From IMG/VR virus record IMGVR_UViG_3300033463_000013, positions 117,408 through 181,407 of that record: a stretch of DNA of 64,000 nucleotides, one strand, 5' to 3'. Below, piece after piece: positions 43,673-53,365 of the stretch. The DNA comes from a virus (lineage: Duplodnaviria; Caudoviricetes). The notes below the pieces were generated by a model, which worked only from the letters and a program-made list of their open reading frames with translations, searched no databases and was not told the origin of the DNA. The position numbers and the translations under genes were made by a program. The stretch's first letter is position 1. Each line of letters begins with the position of its first letter.

Positions 43673-44481
43673 TATTTATTAACTTCCTCCAAATATTTTT
43701 TAAAAATTTTCCATTGAAAACTATCAATAAGTGATAGTCCTAACTGTTGAATCTTTAGATGTTCTTCAGTTAATTTAAAACCATTTTTTGCATTATCGAG
43801 CCAGCCAGCAATCTCTTCACATTCTTGTTTATAATCAATACTATATGGTGAATCTTGTTCTCGTTTAGCCATTAAAGCAAGTTCTCTATCGCCGCCCATA
43901 CGTAGTTCCAGTACTGCACCCGCATTAGCACTATTAAGAAAATGATAATACATATCTTGTAAACGAATAGCATGAGCGAATGCTTTACCTTCTGGCATAT
44001 TACGTTTAGTAAGTTGATGTGCCATACCTGCCATTGCAGTAAGCATATGCAAATAATTACAATGAATCATATTCCAAAGTTTAGTATTATCATCTAAATA
44101 TTCTTTTAAAATTGATTCAAACGAAGGATTATAGATTTTATATTTACTTGTGAAGTATTCAACACTATTCGGGGATGCTTTACGAAGTAGATTAAAGGCA
44201 AGACGAATATCTTTTACTTCGCAGTGACCATCTTTTAATTCGAACATACCAGCATATGGTTCTTTAGCCAAAGCAATATCACCCAGTGGTGGCAGTATAA
44301 ATGAAAAAGTATCAATATCACTATTTTCATCATCTAAATCATAATTTTGACTTCCAATTAAGCTAGTCATTATTACAAGATAACCTTTCGCCGCGACAGC
44401 ATCATGATGGTGCTGAACCGCGGCGAGAATTTGTGCATCTTCTTCACAAGTTTTTCTGTTGTAACCGTAGGTATTAGTCAT
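43672..44481 (-). CDS. Pol-beta superfamily nucleotidyltransferase (PF10127/RlaP-like)
   Basis: GSQNYDLDDENSDID, KDIR, K.SPN.VE. Confidence 0.75.
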   Translation of the reverse strand: MTNTYGYNRKTCEEDAQILAAVQHHHDAVAAKGYLVIMTSLIGSQNYDLDDENSDIDTFSFILPPLGDIALAKEPYAGMFELKDGHCEVKDIRLAFNLLRKASPNSVEYFTSKYKIYNPSFESILKEYLDDNTKLWNMIHCNYLHMLTAMAGMAHQLTKRNMPEGKAFAHAIRLQDMYYHFLNSANAGAVLELRMGGDRELALMAKREQDSPYSIDYKQECEEIAGWLDNAKNGFKLTEEHLKIQQLGLSLIDSFQWKIFKKYLEEVNK

Positions 44482-44573
44482 TTTTCTACCCCTTTCTTAT
44501 ATAAAAATTATAGCAGAAAATAAGAAAAAAGTCAAGTTTTTAAACTTGACTCTTTTCTGAAGTATAATTGAAA

Positions 44574-46124
44574 TTAAAACTCATACAATTCGACATGAGT
44601 CTTATAGATGCTATGAATCGGCTCATAGCGCGGTGCTAGAAGCGCTTCATACATCAAATCCTGTCCGGTCTTACCCGTCATAATACTAGTAAAGATGGAC
44701 GGAGAAGCACCGGATACATAAGTTACTCCATCCTCATCCTTCATCGGAATATTACCTGCGCCAGTAGCCGCATTAACATTCCAGAAGATTAGATGCGGCA
44801 TCTTATAACCATGAGCATTCCACTTACGGGCAATATTCTCTATAAGTGTTGCAGTTTCTGCTCCATTACCACGATAACTATAATAACCACGAGCTGAATC
44901 AAACTGCATATCACTTACAATGATAATGTTCTGCGGCAAATCTGCCTGAGACAAATCATTTTCTTCTGCAATACGAAGAATTAAGTCAAAAGTGGCTTCA
45001 ATGTTCGTATTTTCGCAAAGATTCTGCTCATAAATACGCTTTACCTTATCGCAGAAGTCAACACCAACAGTTTCAATTAGCTTCGGACGAGAGCTAAAGC
45101 TGATGAAGTGATTCTGGAACGGCCCCTTAGCGCGTTCTGCTGTATATAGAGCAAGCGCGATAGCTACATCAATCGGGGCGATCTTGCTATTATAACCGCT
45201 AGTCATAGAACCAGAGGTATCACATACACATAGCGCATTTAGAGTAGCACCATTGAAATAATCCGTAAGATTCTCCCAATACTTATTCGTAGCTAGACGA
45301 TTAGTATCATTGAGTGGGACACCACGAGAGCGAGTCCAATAGTCATTGCAGCCCATAACTTCTACAGCCTTAGCTACAACATCATACGGATATAGAGTAC
45401 CAGCATTTACCTTGGTCTTTTCACTGGACATAAAAGCTGCATAACGAGCCGCGGTCTCTTCTCTACGGGCAAATGCCTTAGAATAAAGTAGACCAGCGCG
45501 AGACGGTAGCTTATTGAATTCAATTTCATTCCAGCGGTGCTGACTCATAAGAGTTTCAACAAGGTTGCAAGCCTTACGTCCCCAAGAAAGCATCTTACGA
45601 TATTCCTTTTCAGTCATACCGAACTCGCGCGCGAACTTACGTCCACGTTCCTGAGTATTACGGGAAGAAGTATTGATAGACGGCATCCACTTGTAAACAA
45701 GGTGATCCTCGTTCTTCTCAATAACATACTTAATATAACCCATCATTTCACTCTCCAGCGGAGTGCCGAAAAGTTCAAACAGGTCATCATAGCGTCCATA
45801 TTCCGGAACATACTTAATTAGATGTTCCATCTCATCCTTGTGGCGCATGGCAAGCCACTTGATGCATAGACGGAAGAAACGACGTTCTCCCTGGCCACCA
45901 CGAATATCACGAAGATAAAACAGACACTTTAGCGCCATGGTCGGGTTTTCTTCATATGCGTTCTTAAACATAAGAACACATGCATCATCCCGTGCGCCAC
46001 GCATAGAAGCAGCCTGAGCAAACATATCATATAGCTTTGTCATAGTAGACGCATATGTTACTGCACCATTCTGCGTTAAAGTCTTATTGCTGATTTCCTT
46101 TAGATTTCTCAATAGTTCGTTCAT
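44574..46124 (-). CDS. DUF2828-type TROVE/Ro60-like protein with C-terminal vWA domain
   Basis: TQNGAVTYAST, YLRDIRGGQGERRFF, YGRYDDL, KWMPS, MIDAS CDTSGSM, SDMQFD, FWNVN. Confidence 0.82.
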   Translation of the reverse strand: MNELLRNLKEISNKTLTQNGAVTYASTMTKLYDMFAQAASMRGARDDACVLMFKNAYEENPTMALKCLFYLRDIRGGQGERRFFRLCIKWLAMRHKDEMEHLIKYVPEYGRYDDLFELFGTPLESEMMGYIKYVIEKNEDHLVYKWMPSINTSSRNTQERGRKFAREFGMTEKEYRKMLSWGRKACNLVETLMSQHRWNEIEFNKLPSRAGLLYSKAFARREETAARYAAFMSSEKTKVNAGTLYPYDVVAKAVEVMGCNDYWTRSRGVPLNDTNRLATNKYWENLTDYFNGATLNALCVCDTSGSMTSGYNSKIAPIDVAIALALYTAERAKGPFQNHFISFSSRPKLIETVGVDFCDKVKRIYEQNLCENTNIEATFDLILRIAEENDLSQADLPQNIIIVSDMQFDSARGYYSYRGNGAETATLIENIARKWNAHGYKMPHLIFWNVNAATGAGNIPMKDEDGVTYVSGASPSIFTSIMTGKTGQDLMYEALLAPRYEPIHSIYKTHVELYEF

Positions 46125-46285
46125 TTTCATTCTCCTTTTCATCTTGGCCTTCTACAAGGCTGTAGGTTTTATAAAAAGTACATATATCGGGTTCACATCT
46201 ATCACAGGGAAAGCCTATTTGACAATGTGAATAATTCCATACTTTTTCATATTTCATAATAATTATACCACAATTTTATTTATTG

Positions 46286-46897
46286 TCAAATAATAGAATC
46301 ATATGGATATAAATCTTCTGGCTTAGATGGAGTAGGAAGTGCGCCGAGAAAATTCCATAACTGACGTACATCATAAATAACTTCATCTATATGTACAGGA
46401 GTACAATTATGACTATCTACACCCACATGATAAGTAAAAGGATTCTTTTTATCAATCCAATTACCGGCCTGATGAGTATGTCCGTGCACTGCAATTACGT
46501 GCTGAGAAAATTTCTTTTCATCATAATTTGCGGTAAGTGTTGGATAATGGCTCATATAAATAGAAAATTTCTTTTCATGTTTAATTAAATAAGCATATCC
46601 AATTTCCCATACATTTGGACATTCATCAAGAATTTTTACACGCTTCTTATCAGTATCATGATTGCCGAGTAGCCAATAAATTTTACCATTCAGTTGATTG
46701 ATATAAGGAATGGCAGCTTCAATATCGTTAAGAGCAAAGTCGCCAAGATTATATACCTCATCATTGGGTTTTACCACTTTATTCCAATTTTCAACAAGTG
46801 CTTCATTCATATCCTGTACATTGGTAAAGCCGCGAGGCACATACAGAAACTCCTTGTTATGACAGAAATGAAGATCACTAGTAAAAAAGATATTCAT
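46286..46897 (-). CDS. Calcineurin-like metallophosphoesterase
   Basis: TSDLHF.H, NLGDF, GNHD, HYP, HGHTH, VGVD. Confidence 0.88.
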   Translation of the reverse strand: MNIFFTSDLHFCHNKEFLYVPRGFTNVQDMNEALVENWNKVVKPNDEVYNLGDFALNDIEAAIPYINQLNGKIYWLLGNHDTDKKRVKILDECPNVWEIGYAYLIKHEKKFSIYMSHYPTLTANYDEKKFSQHVIAVHGHTHQAGNWIDKKNPFTYHVGVDSHNCTPVHIDEVIYDVRQLWNFLGALPTPSKPEDLYPYDSII

Positions 46898-47502
46898 TAT
46901 TTTTTACCTTCCCAAAATTCAAAATTTTTACAATGCTCATTATTATGACAAAGTGGCAGATTAAACTGTTCATCATCAAATCCATGAACGCAATTACGGC
47001 AATCTTTGACTTCAATATCATTACTATTTGCATCATAGATTGCTACAACACGTTCGTCTTCATCAAGAGTCGGCGCGCGAAAATCACGACACATATTACG
47101 AATTACATTCTCCGGTACATAACGGCGACCATTACGATTCTCATTACGAGCCACACAAGTGTCAGCATCTGTATCAAAGACTACGTATACAATTTCATAA
47201 TTGGTAAACTGCATATCAATAGCCTGAGTTAGCTTACGCCGAGAAAACTCATTAAGATGTGTTGCATCTGCAATGCAATCAAAGCCATCAATTAAAGTCT
47301 GACGAATATAGCCCACAAAACGGCGAAAGACTGCTTTCTCATGCGAGAAATAATCCTCTCCATCCTTTAGTAACTCAAGACGAATATTATCACGTGAAAC
47401 ATAACGTATGTCATCAGTTTCACTATGATCTTTAATAAACTGTTCAGCCCAGGTGCTTTTACCACAACCAGATGGACCGCAGAGAATATATAATTTAGCC
47501 AT
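46897..47502 (-). CDS. Polynucleotide-kinase-like P-loop kinase (AAA_33)
   Basis: GPSGCGKST, SRDNIR, DATHL...RR, R.VPE.VI. Confidence 0.85.
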   Translation of the reverse strand: MAKLYILCGPSGCGKSTWAEQFIKDHSETDDIRYVSRDNIRLELLKDGEDYFSHEKAVFRRFVGYIRQTLIDGFDCIADATHLNEFSRRKLTQAIDMQFTNYEIVYVVFDTDADTCVARNENRNGRRYVPENVIRNMCRDFRAPTLDEDERVVAIYDANSNDIEVKDCRNCVHGFDDEQFNLPLCHNNEHCKNFEFWEGKK

Positions 47503-48290
47503 TACTCATTCCTCCTTAGAATAAATTGAGCATGGGTGTGAAGTTCTGGCTTAAAGAAAAAAGGCATCCATTGCTCGGTATAATAAGGCAACTGATAATT
47601 TGCTTTAAATACTTCTTCATAGCAGTCTCCTACAAGATAAATAAAATCTCCAAGCCACCATGAAAAATAATTTTCTTTAAGCTCTTGTTCCCAGCCATTG
47701 TCTTTCCATTGGTACTTCATTAGGAAGTGAATTAATCCTTCCCAATTCATAATTGTTCCATGCCGTTCTTCAAATTCTTGAATATATTTTTCATCAATTT
47801 GAAGTTTGTTAATAATGTTATTAACAAATGAGAGTTTTACAAATCGTTTATCATAATCAAAATACATATCACGAATGGTAATGTATTTAGGTTCAAGTTC
47901 ATTAATAATCTGCTGGATAACTTCTTTTCCTTCTGGTGAAGAAGAAAAAATTTCATGTAAAACAGATGAAAAATTCAAACAAATTTCGTTCGGCTTAAAC
48001 CCTTTATCTTTAATAAAGATAAGCATATCTTTAGCACCAACTTCTTGTCCGCTAAAGAAAGCGGCATTACTAACAAATGGTGGAGTTTTCTGCGCCATAT
48101 CAATTAAGTCAGCAGAAATATCATATCCAATAAAAGAAGTATTGGGAAATAAAGGAGCAATCATCTTAATCATTGCACCATTCGCGCACCCAAAATCAAT
48201 TACGCACTTTACTCCAGGCACTTTATCCATAAAGAAGGCCTTGTCCCATACGGATTTACTCATTTCTTCAGTATAAATATTAAGATCCAT
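47502..48290 (-). CDS. Class I SAM-dependent methyltransferase
   Basis: IDFGCANG, GYDIS, FSSVLHE, IRD. Confidence 0.8.
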   Translation of the reverse strand: MDLNIYTEEMSKSVWDKAFFMDKVPGVKCVIDFGCANGAMIKMIAPLFPNTSFIGYDISADLIDMAQKTPPFVSNAAFFSGQEVGAKDMLIFIKDKGFKPNEICLNFSSVLHEIFSSSPEGKEVIQQIINELEPKYITIRDMYFDYDKRFVKLSFVNNIINKLQIDEKYIQEFEERHGTIMNWEGLIHFLMKYQWKDNGWEQELKENYFSWWLGDFIYLVGDCYEEVFKANYQLPYYTEQWMPFFFKPELHTHAQFILRRNE

Positions 48291-48353
48291 AAATTCATTT
48301 CCTTTTCTTTTACTATAAAAATTATAGTACAAATTATAAAAAAAGTCAAATAA

Positions 48354-48383
48354 AAAAATGGGACAGTCTTTTGAACTGTCCCG
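48354..48383 (-). terminator. Intrinsic terminator
   Basis: GGGACAG-TTCAAAAGA-CTGTCCC + T run on minus strand. Confidence 0.75.
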
Positions 48384-48579
48384 AAGTAAATTTGCCAGTC
48401 TTATGGGGCGACTTTTGCTTATGCATTATCCCACTGGCGCCGCACGGTGGCATTTTTCCGAAGCTGCCGCCACGCTTCTATATAGAACAGTCGTTTTTAA
48501 CCGAGTGACTGGGACCTCGGGTCAGAATTGGGATGCGTCCATCCGCGAATCTATAGGAAAGTATATACTTAACCTCAAA

Positions 48580-49014
48580 TTATTTATGCCATTCTTCAAC
48601 TTTAATGCCATTTTCTTGTAGCCATTTTTGTAATTTTTGTCTCTCCGAACATTTTTTATACAATGGCTCGTATACAATTAATGCAAAGTCTACATCATCT
48701 AGTTGTTCATCATGGCAAATTTGTAATTTTAATTTTTCTAAATGTTGTTGAAAATCGTTAAAATCAATTTTACATAATTGATTATAATAAGTTTTCAGAA
48801 AGGCACAATCTTCTGGGTGTGCTGGCTCACATGCTCCTCGACATAAACCTTCACATTCTTTACCTGGCTTAAGTGGAGGACAATCTACTACAATTACTCC
48901 GCGTTTATCTTGACCTAATGGCCGCCATTTAGGTGGCCAAACTGTTGTATTAAGTCCCACCAGATTTTTTGGAAAATTACGTACTTGCGCCCAATATGAT
49001 GTATATATCTTCAT
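48580..49014 (-). CDS. DUF488-like protein
   Basis: MKIYTSY...LKP...YE....CSER. Confidence 0.55.
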   Translation of the reverse strand: MKIYTSYWAQVRNFPKNLVGLNTTVWPPKWRPLGQDKRGVIVVDCPPLKPGKECEGLCRGACEPAHPEDCAFLKTYYNQLCKIDFNDFQQHLEKLKLQICHDEQLDDVDFALIVYEPLYKKCSERQKLQKWLQENGIKVEEWHK

Positions 49015-49340
49015 CCTAAATTAATATGCTCCATTTCTTTAGGCATTTCTGCTTTATCGTATTTTTCGGTCTGCTGATTAAAAATATAATATCCTTGTAC
49101 AAGAGCAATAGGATAAAGTCCAGGTGCTTTCTTTACAATAACAGCAGCATTATAGGAACCTCTTTCATTTATGTCTACCCAATTATTTTTTACAGCTGTT
49201 TTAGCAGTTTCTAACTCATAATAGAAACCAACACTTTCACGATGGCCCCATTCTGGTCTACCTAAATTATCGATAGTAATTGGATCTTCTAATACATAAA
49301 TTTCATAAATGGAAGTTTCATCCATACTAATTTCCCCCAA
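49011..49340 (-). CDS. Hypothetical protein
   Basis: 109-aa ORF; VGFY...DINERGSYNAAVI...GLY. Confidence 0.55.
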   Translation of the reverse strand: MGEISMDETSIYEIYVLEDPITIDNLGRPEWGHRESVGFYYELETAKTAVKNNWVDINERGSYNAAVIVKKAPGLYPIALVQGYYIFNQQTEKYDKAEMPKEMEHINLG

Positions 49341-49344
49341 TATA

Positions 49345-49943
49345 AAAGACGCTTAATTCAATAAATTCGCGGTCTTTCTCCGTACTAATATATCCCCATT
49401 GCATATTACGCTACCTAGAAACGTGGAGCTGAGCGCCGGGAGCGACCCGATCACTTTCCGCGCCTGCCTTGCGGCCGATGCTAGACAAGGACTGTCTACC
49501 TTGAACCCTTAGCCAAACCATTCAGCAATTAAATAAAATCTCTTTTAGAAAGGTTATTCCAAAACCAATTTACATTAAGTTGCTGTCTTGACCTGTGAGT
49601 ACCGTAAACCTTTCTTATATGCCATTTCTGGCTTTCATCGACAGTAGCGAGTTGTTGGTGTTTCCAGAGTTTGATACAGTCACCAGCTAAACCCTTATCT
49701 GGATTCGGCTCTGCTATTCACAGAGCTTTCTATTATCCCGCCGAAAGGAATCGTGCGTTTACAACTAGATATAATAGCGCCCACCCTTAGCATTTGGAGT
49801 TTCTCCGTTATCGCTAATGCTTACGCATTTCGCGCCCGATACTTGAAAGTATCCCATCAAGATTTCGGATGCTCTTCAGGTGTCCCCAGCAGTGCGGTCA
49901 ACACTTCTTCACTGGGTTCCAATTTACTGAATTAAGCGTCTTT
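49345..49943 (-). ncRNA. Large structured ncRNA, GOLLD-like (~600 nt)
   Basis: 23-bp terminal helix with a G-U pair only on minus strand; own promoter at 49978-50006; GCUGAAU...GGGUCGCUCCC...GCUCAG segments resembling the GOLLD 3' domain as recalled; no credible ORF. Confidence 0.6.
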
Positions 49944-50036
49944 CTTTTTCTGAAAGGTTTTCCCTTTCAACAATAATATTATAACAGAAATTTTGAAAAA
50001 AGTCAAATATTTAATTTCTAAAGTTAAATATTAAAT

Positions 50037-50414
50037 TTACTCATCATTCCATTCAATTTCTGTCGGTTTAGGAAATTTAATTTCAGCACGGCATTCTTCT
50101 ACCTGCCCGTTATGAAAATATTCATGCCACATATCTTCACGCTCTTCACCATCGCCACTAAGACGAAAGATTACATCTGGAAATAGTTTTGAAATCTTCA
50201 TCATATCATATGTGTGATCATACCATTTATATTCATCACACACAGAAAAAGTAGCTTCTTTAAAGGTTTCAGAATAATCACTTTCACAGAATACTCCATA
50301 TTTATCATCATAAGCATATAGTTCATTATCTTTAAGAGCTTCTACAATAGCTTCATATTCTTCTTTAGATTTAATATGGCGTGCTTTCATGGAAAACCAA
50401 GTATAATATCCCAT
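50037..50414 (-). CDS. Phage hypothetical protein
   Basis: MGYYT...KWYDH...SKLFPDVIF.L.GDGEE. Confidence 0.65.
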   Translation of the reverse strand: MGYYTWFSMKARHIKSKEEYEAIVEALKDNELYAYDDKYGVFCESDYSETFKEATFSVCDEYKWYDHTYDMMKISKLFPDVIFRLSGDGEEREDMWHEYFHNGQVEECRAEIKFPKPTEIEWNDE

Positions 50415-50474
50415 AAATTTTTCCTTTCATTTCCTTTGATATATTAATTATATCATAAATTATATAAAAGTCAA

Positions 50475-50912
50475 TTATTTATAAAGTTGAAATTTCTTTG
50501 AAATTTTCCGCGCAGTTTCATCATCAAGTGGACGAAAACCAATACAAGTTAAAGTACGTCCAACTCCTTCTGAATCAATAAATTCTGGTTTTAATTCAGT
50601 TTTACAGGCATCCATAATTAAGAAGAAATCTTTACCTTCTTTTAAACCAAGTTCTTCTGCAATTATTTTTGCTTTAAGCAATTGATTTAAATTTTTTGCT
50701 TCACAAATAGTTTTAGTAAATATACCACAAAACCATTGTTCATATACTTCTTTGTTGATATAAAGATTTACTTGATATAAATCAGTATCTACTAATTGTC
50801 CTTCTTCACGAATTTGATTGGACATAAATGCCCAACTTGCATGAGACACTTGAGCAGCAAGTTTTCCAGGACTCATATGTAAATCTTTACGCGCGATTAT
50901 TAATTGACGCAT
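50475..50912 (-). CDS. Peptidyl-tRNA hydrolase, PTH2 family
   Basis: MRQLIIARKDLHMSPGKLAAQVSHAS...D...TE...TCIG; ORF-track extension overlaps tRNA-Gln and is rejected. Confidence 0.88.
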   Translation of the reverse strand: MRQLIIARKDLHMSPGKLAAQVSHASWAFMSNQIREEGQLVDTDLYQVNLYINKEVYEQWFCGIFTKTICEAKNLNQLLKAKIIAEELGLKEGKDFFLIMDACKTELKPEFIDSEGVGRTLTCIGFRPLDDETARKISKKFQLYK

Positions 50913-50930
50913 AATATCACTTCCTTTAAT

Positions 50931-51005
50931 TGGCAGCCCCTGATGGAATCGGACCATCACATACGGAGTCAAAGTCCGTTGCGCTACCATTACGCTAAGG
51001 GGCTA
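50931..51005 (-). tRNA. tRNA-Gln(TTG)
   Basis: Cloverleaf, ACGGA-CTTTGAC-TCCGT, encoded CCA. Confidence 0.9.
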
Positions 51006-51014
51006 TATGCTTGA

Positions 51015-51881
51015 TTACCACCAAGCATTAAGTAGTTCTAGCATAACATGCTCTCGATATTCTGGTAATACTAAATAATAAGTAATTACTGCTAACCAGT
51101 TAGGAACAGTAATATTACGACCAGAAATTTTAAAATATTGAATACCCATATCAGATAATTCATCAACACGTTGATTAGTAACTGCATTTGGAAGAGCCAA
51201 TATTTCATCACATAGTCTTGTTTCACTATTACTCATACATGTAAATTGATTTGGATCTTCCACTCCTAATGCAACTCTACTGACAGATTCATAATGTTTC
51301 TTACGATTAGGACAATTTAAAATGCAAGGTTCTCCACATAGAATTTCTATTTTATCTAAATGAGTTAATTGTTTTAGATATTCATTATCATTCAGATAAT
51401 TATAATTTAAGACATAAATATTATTCTCAGTTATTTTATTAACTTCATTTATATCTGTAATATTCATAGTGGTACTATAAATTAATTCAGTATTTGGATA
51501 AGCTTCCTTTAAATATTGAATTAAAGTCTCATTTGCTACAATTAGCTTATCTTTTGATCGCAAATAATGAGATAGAAAAAAATTAGTTTTATAATCTTTA
51601 GTTAGTTCCGGAGTAATAAAGTAATTGGTACATACATGTCGTAATTCAATTTGCGGGAATTGTGCAAATTGATTTAAAATAGAAGACATAGGAGTAATTG
51701 GCATATTATCAGTAATTTGTTTTCTGCCGCCAGTCCATAAAATATCTGGATGCGCTCCATAACAATTATCAATTATTCTATCTTTAAAAAAATATTGAGG
51801 AAATTGCTTTCTATATTGTATTAATTGAATAATAAAATTACCTTTACCGTAATAATCTGGAATAGAAAATTTCTTTATCAT
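51015..51881 (-). CDS. Peptidase U32-like (TIM-barrel, Cys-containing) protein
   Basis: WTGGR, STT, E.L.GEPCILNCPNRKKHY, FKISGR. Confidence 0.6.
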   Translation of the reverse strand: MIKKFSIPDYYGKGNFIIQLIQYRKQFPQYFFKDRIIDNCYGAHPDILWTGGRKQITDNMPITPMSSILNQFAQFPQIELRHVCTNYFITPELTKDYKTNFFLSHYLRSKDKLIVANETLIQYLKEAYPNTELIYSTTMNITDINEVNKITENNIYVLNYNYLNDNEYLKQLTHLDKIEILCGEPCILNCPNRKKHYESVSRVALGVEDPNQFTCMSNSETRLCDEILALPNAVTNQRVDELSDMGIQYFKISGRNITVPNWLAVITYYLVLPEYREHVMLELLNAWW

Positions 51882-51896
51882 ATATCCTCCATAAAG

Positions 51897-51988
51897 TGGC
51901 GACAGTAGCAGGATTTGAACCTGCGCACCCTTTTACAAGTGACCTCGACTTAGCAGGTCGGTGCCATACCAAACTCGGCCATACTGTC
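51897..51988 (-). tRNA. tRNA-Ser(GCT)
   Basis: CGAC-CTGCTAA-GTCG, long variable arm, CCA. Confidence 0.85.
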
Positions 51989-52084
51989 AAATAAAAAACG
52001 CCGCGGAAGAGTTGCGGATACTACTCGGCCTCTTTCAAATAGGTCTCTTTTAATACCCTCACGGGATACCAACGCGGCTAAATT

Positions 52085-52192
52085 CTAGACCAACTAGGAG
52101 TAGATTCGAACTACTGTTTCTTACTTATTCAGTAAGCGTACTACCACTATACTACCCTGGCTAGGAGCCAGACAAGTTGCTGCTGTGGTCTA
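52085..52192 (-). ncRNA. CAGCAA-motif RNA copy A: terminal stem enclosing a near-complete tRNA-like fold
   Basis: TAGACCA...CAGCAA...[D arm, CTTAC-TGAATAA-GTAAG, AGTAG-TTCGAAT-CTACT]...TGGTCTAG. Confidence 0.7.
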
Positions 52193-52206
52193 TATAACTA
52201 ATTAAA

Positions 52207-52296
52207 CTAGACCGTTAAATTTGAAGGAATTGAACCTTCTCAGTTAATGTTATCAGCATCTTCTTTTACCATACATATATTTGCTGTGACGGTCTA
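52207..52296 (-). ncRNA. CAGCAA-motif RNA copy B with Ile(GAT)-like anticodon arm and T arm
   Basis: TAGACCGT-CACAGCAA...GATG-CTGATAA-CATT...GAAGG-TTCAATT-CCTTC...ACGGTCTAG. Confidence 0.7.
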
Positions 52297-52301
52297 TAAA
52301 G

Positions 52302-52372
52302 TCGAAGATGTCAGAGTCGAACTGCTACTGGTCGTCCCAAGCGACCCGTGTTACCGTTACACTACATCCTCG
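52302..52372 (-). tRNA. tRNA-Pro(TGG)
   Basis: GGTCG-CTTGGGA-CGACC; no encoded CCA. Confidence 0.85.
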
Positions 52373-52740
52373 TTTTTATGTTTTATGTGCCATTCTCTGT
52401 GACAATTAGCACATAATAAAGTGCATTTTTTAATTTCCTGCTGATATAGCTTCCATTTTACTTGACTACAATCTCTCATTATATCCCCAGGATTAAAGTC
52501 TTTTTCATTAGGATCATTATGATGCCATTCTAAAACTCCACCATATTTATTATATCCACAAATAGCACATCCCATTCGTTGCTTTTGTTGATCTGCTTTT
52601 GCAAGATACAAACGACGACGAAGTGCTCTTGCTTCTGGTTTTGTTAAACCATCTGGAATACATTCTTGACAAAATATACGATTTTGTCCACCTTGTTTTC
52701 CATTTAATGTAAACTCTTTTCCACAATAAAAGCATGTCAT
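52357..52740 (-). CDS. HNH endonuclease
   Basis: CAICG...EWHH...LLCANCHREWH. Confidence 0.8.
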   Translation of the reverse strand: MTCFYCGKEFTLNGKQGGQNRIFCQECIPDGLTKPEARALRRRLYLAKADQQKQRMGCAICGYNKYGGVLEWHHNDPNEKDFNPGDIMRDCSQVKWKLYQQEIKKCTLLCANCHREWHIKHKNEDVV

Positions 52741-52916
52741 AATATCACCTCAAAAGAATATGGAAGGGATTCATACCGCTCCTATTACATGAAACCTATC
52801 TTGCCACAGTTTCAAAACCATTTTAGAAAGGAGATTTTACTTCTTAATCTTTTGCAACAAACTTTTTCAAGTTGCCTCTTATGTTCATTCTATCTCCTCT
52901 TTCTGATAATATTATA

Positions 52917-53207
52917 TCAGAAATTCTACTCATTGTCAAGTATTTGGTCTGCCATCTCTTCAATGCGTTTTTCATCTTTTACGCACCAATTCTTTGAAGG
53001 CTCCCAACCTCGTGCGCCTTTACGATTTTTGTTGTTTGTTTTTCGGCTACACATTGGGCATGAACAATGAATCTTATTTTTACTATATTGGTGTAAGTTA
53101 TCATAATAATCCCAACCATAGACATTTATAATTTTCTTTTTGCGAATAGCTTTTTTCCAATCATTATGACGTTTTTCTGCATGAGTTCTCATACGCATCA
53201 ACTCCAT
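52917..53207 (-). CDS. Small basic phage protein (HCSCPMC)
   Basis: ORF-track stop at 52926 is TAG; under code 15 it extends three codons to TGA. Confidence 0.6.
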
Positions 53208-53275
53208 ATATAGTAATACAGGCGCAAGTCGCTAGTGAACTTATCGCGCCGGAAACCCTACTACTAGCTGGGCAG

Positions 53276-53362
53276 CGTAAGAGAGAGGAGTCGAACCTCA
53301 TCCGTTCATCACGAACGCATCGCTTTCCAGGCGAGCCTCAGTCCACACTGAGATTCTCCTAC
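53276..53362 (-). tRNA. tRNA-Ser(GGA)
   Basis: TCGC-CTGGAAA-GCGA, long variable arm. Confidence 0.8.
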
Positions 53363-53365
53363 ATA

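Noticed and set aside
49423-49525. tRNA-like end (GCTCAGCTCCA) inside 49345-49943
   Set aside because: No cloverleaf or anticodon arm; it is internal to the large ncRNA.
50913-50990. N-terminal extension of PTH2 in the ORF track
   Set aside because: Overlaps tRNA-Gln; the family N-terminus and RBS support a start at 50912.
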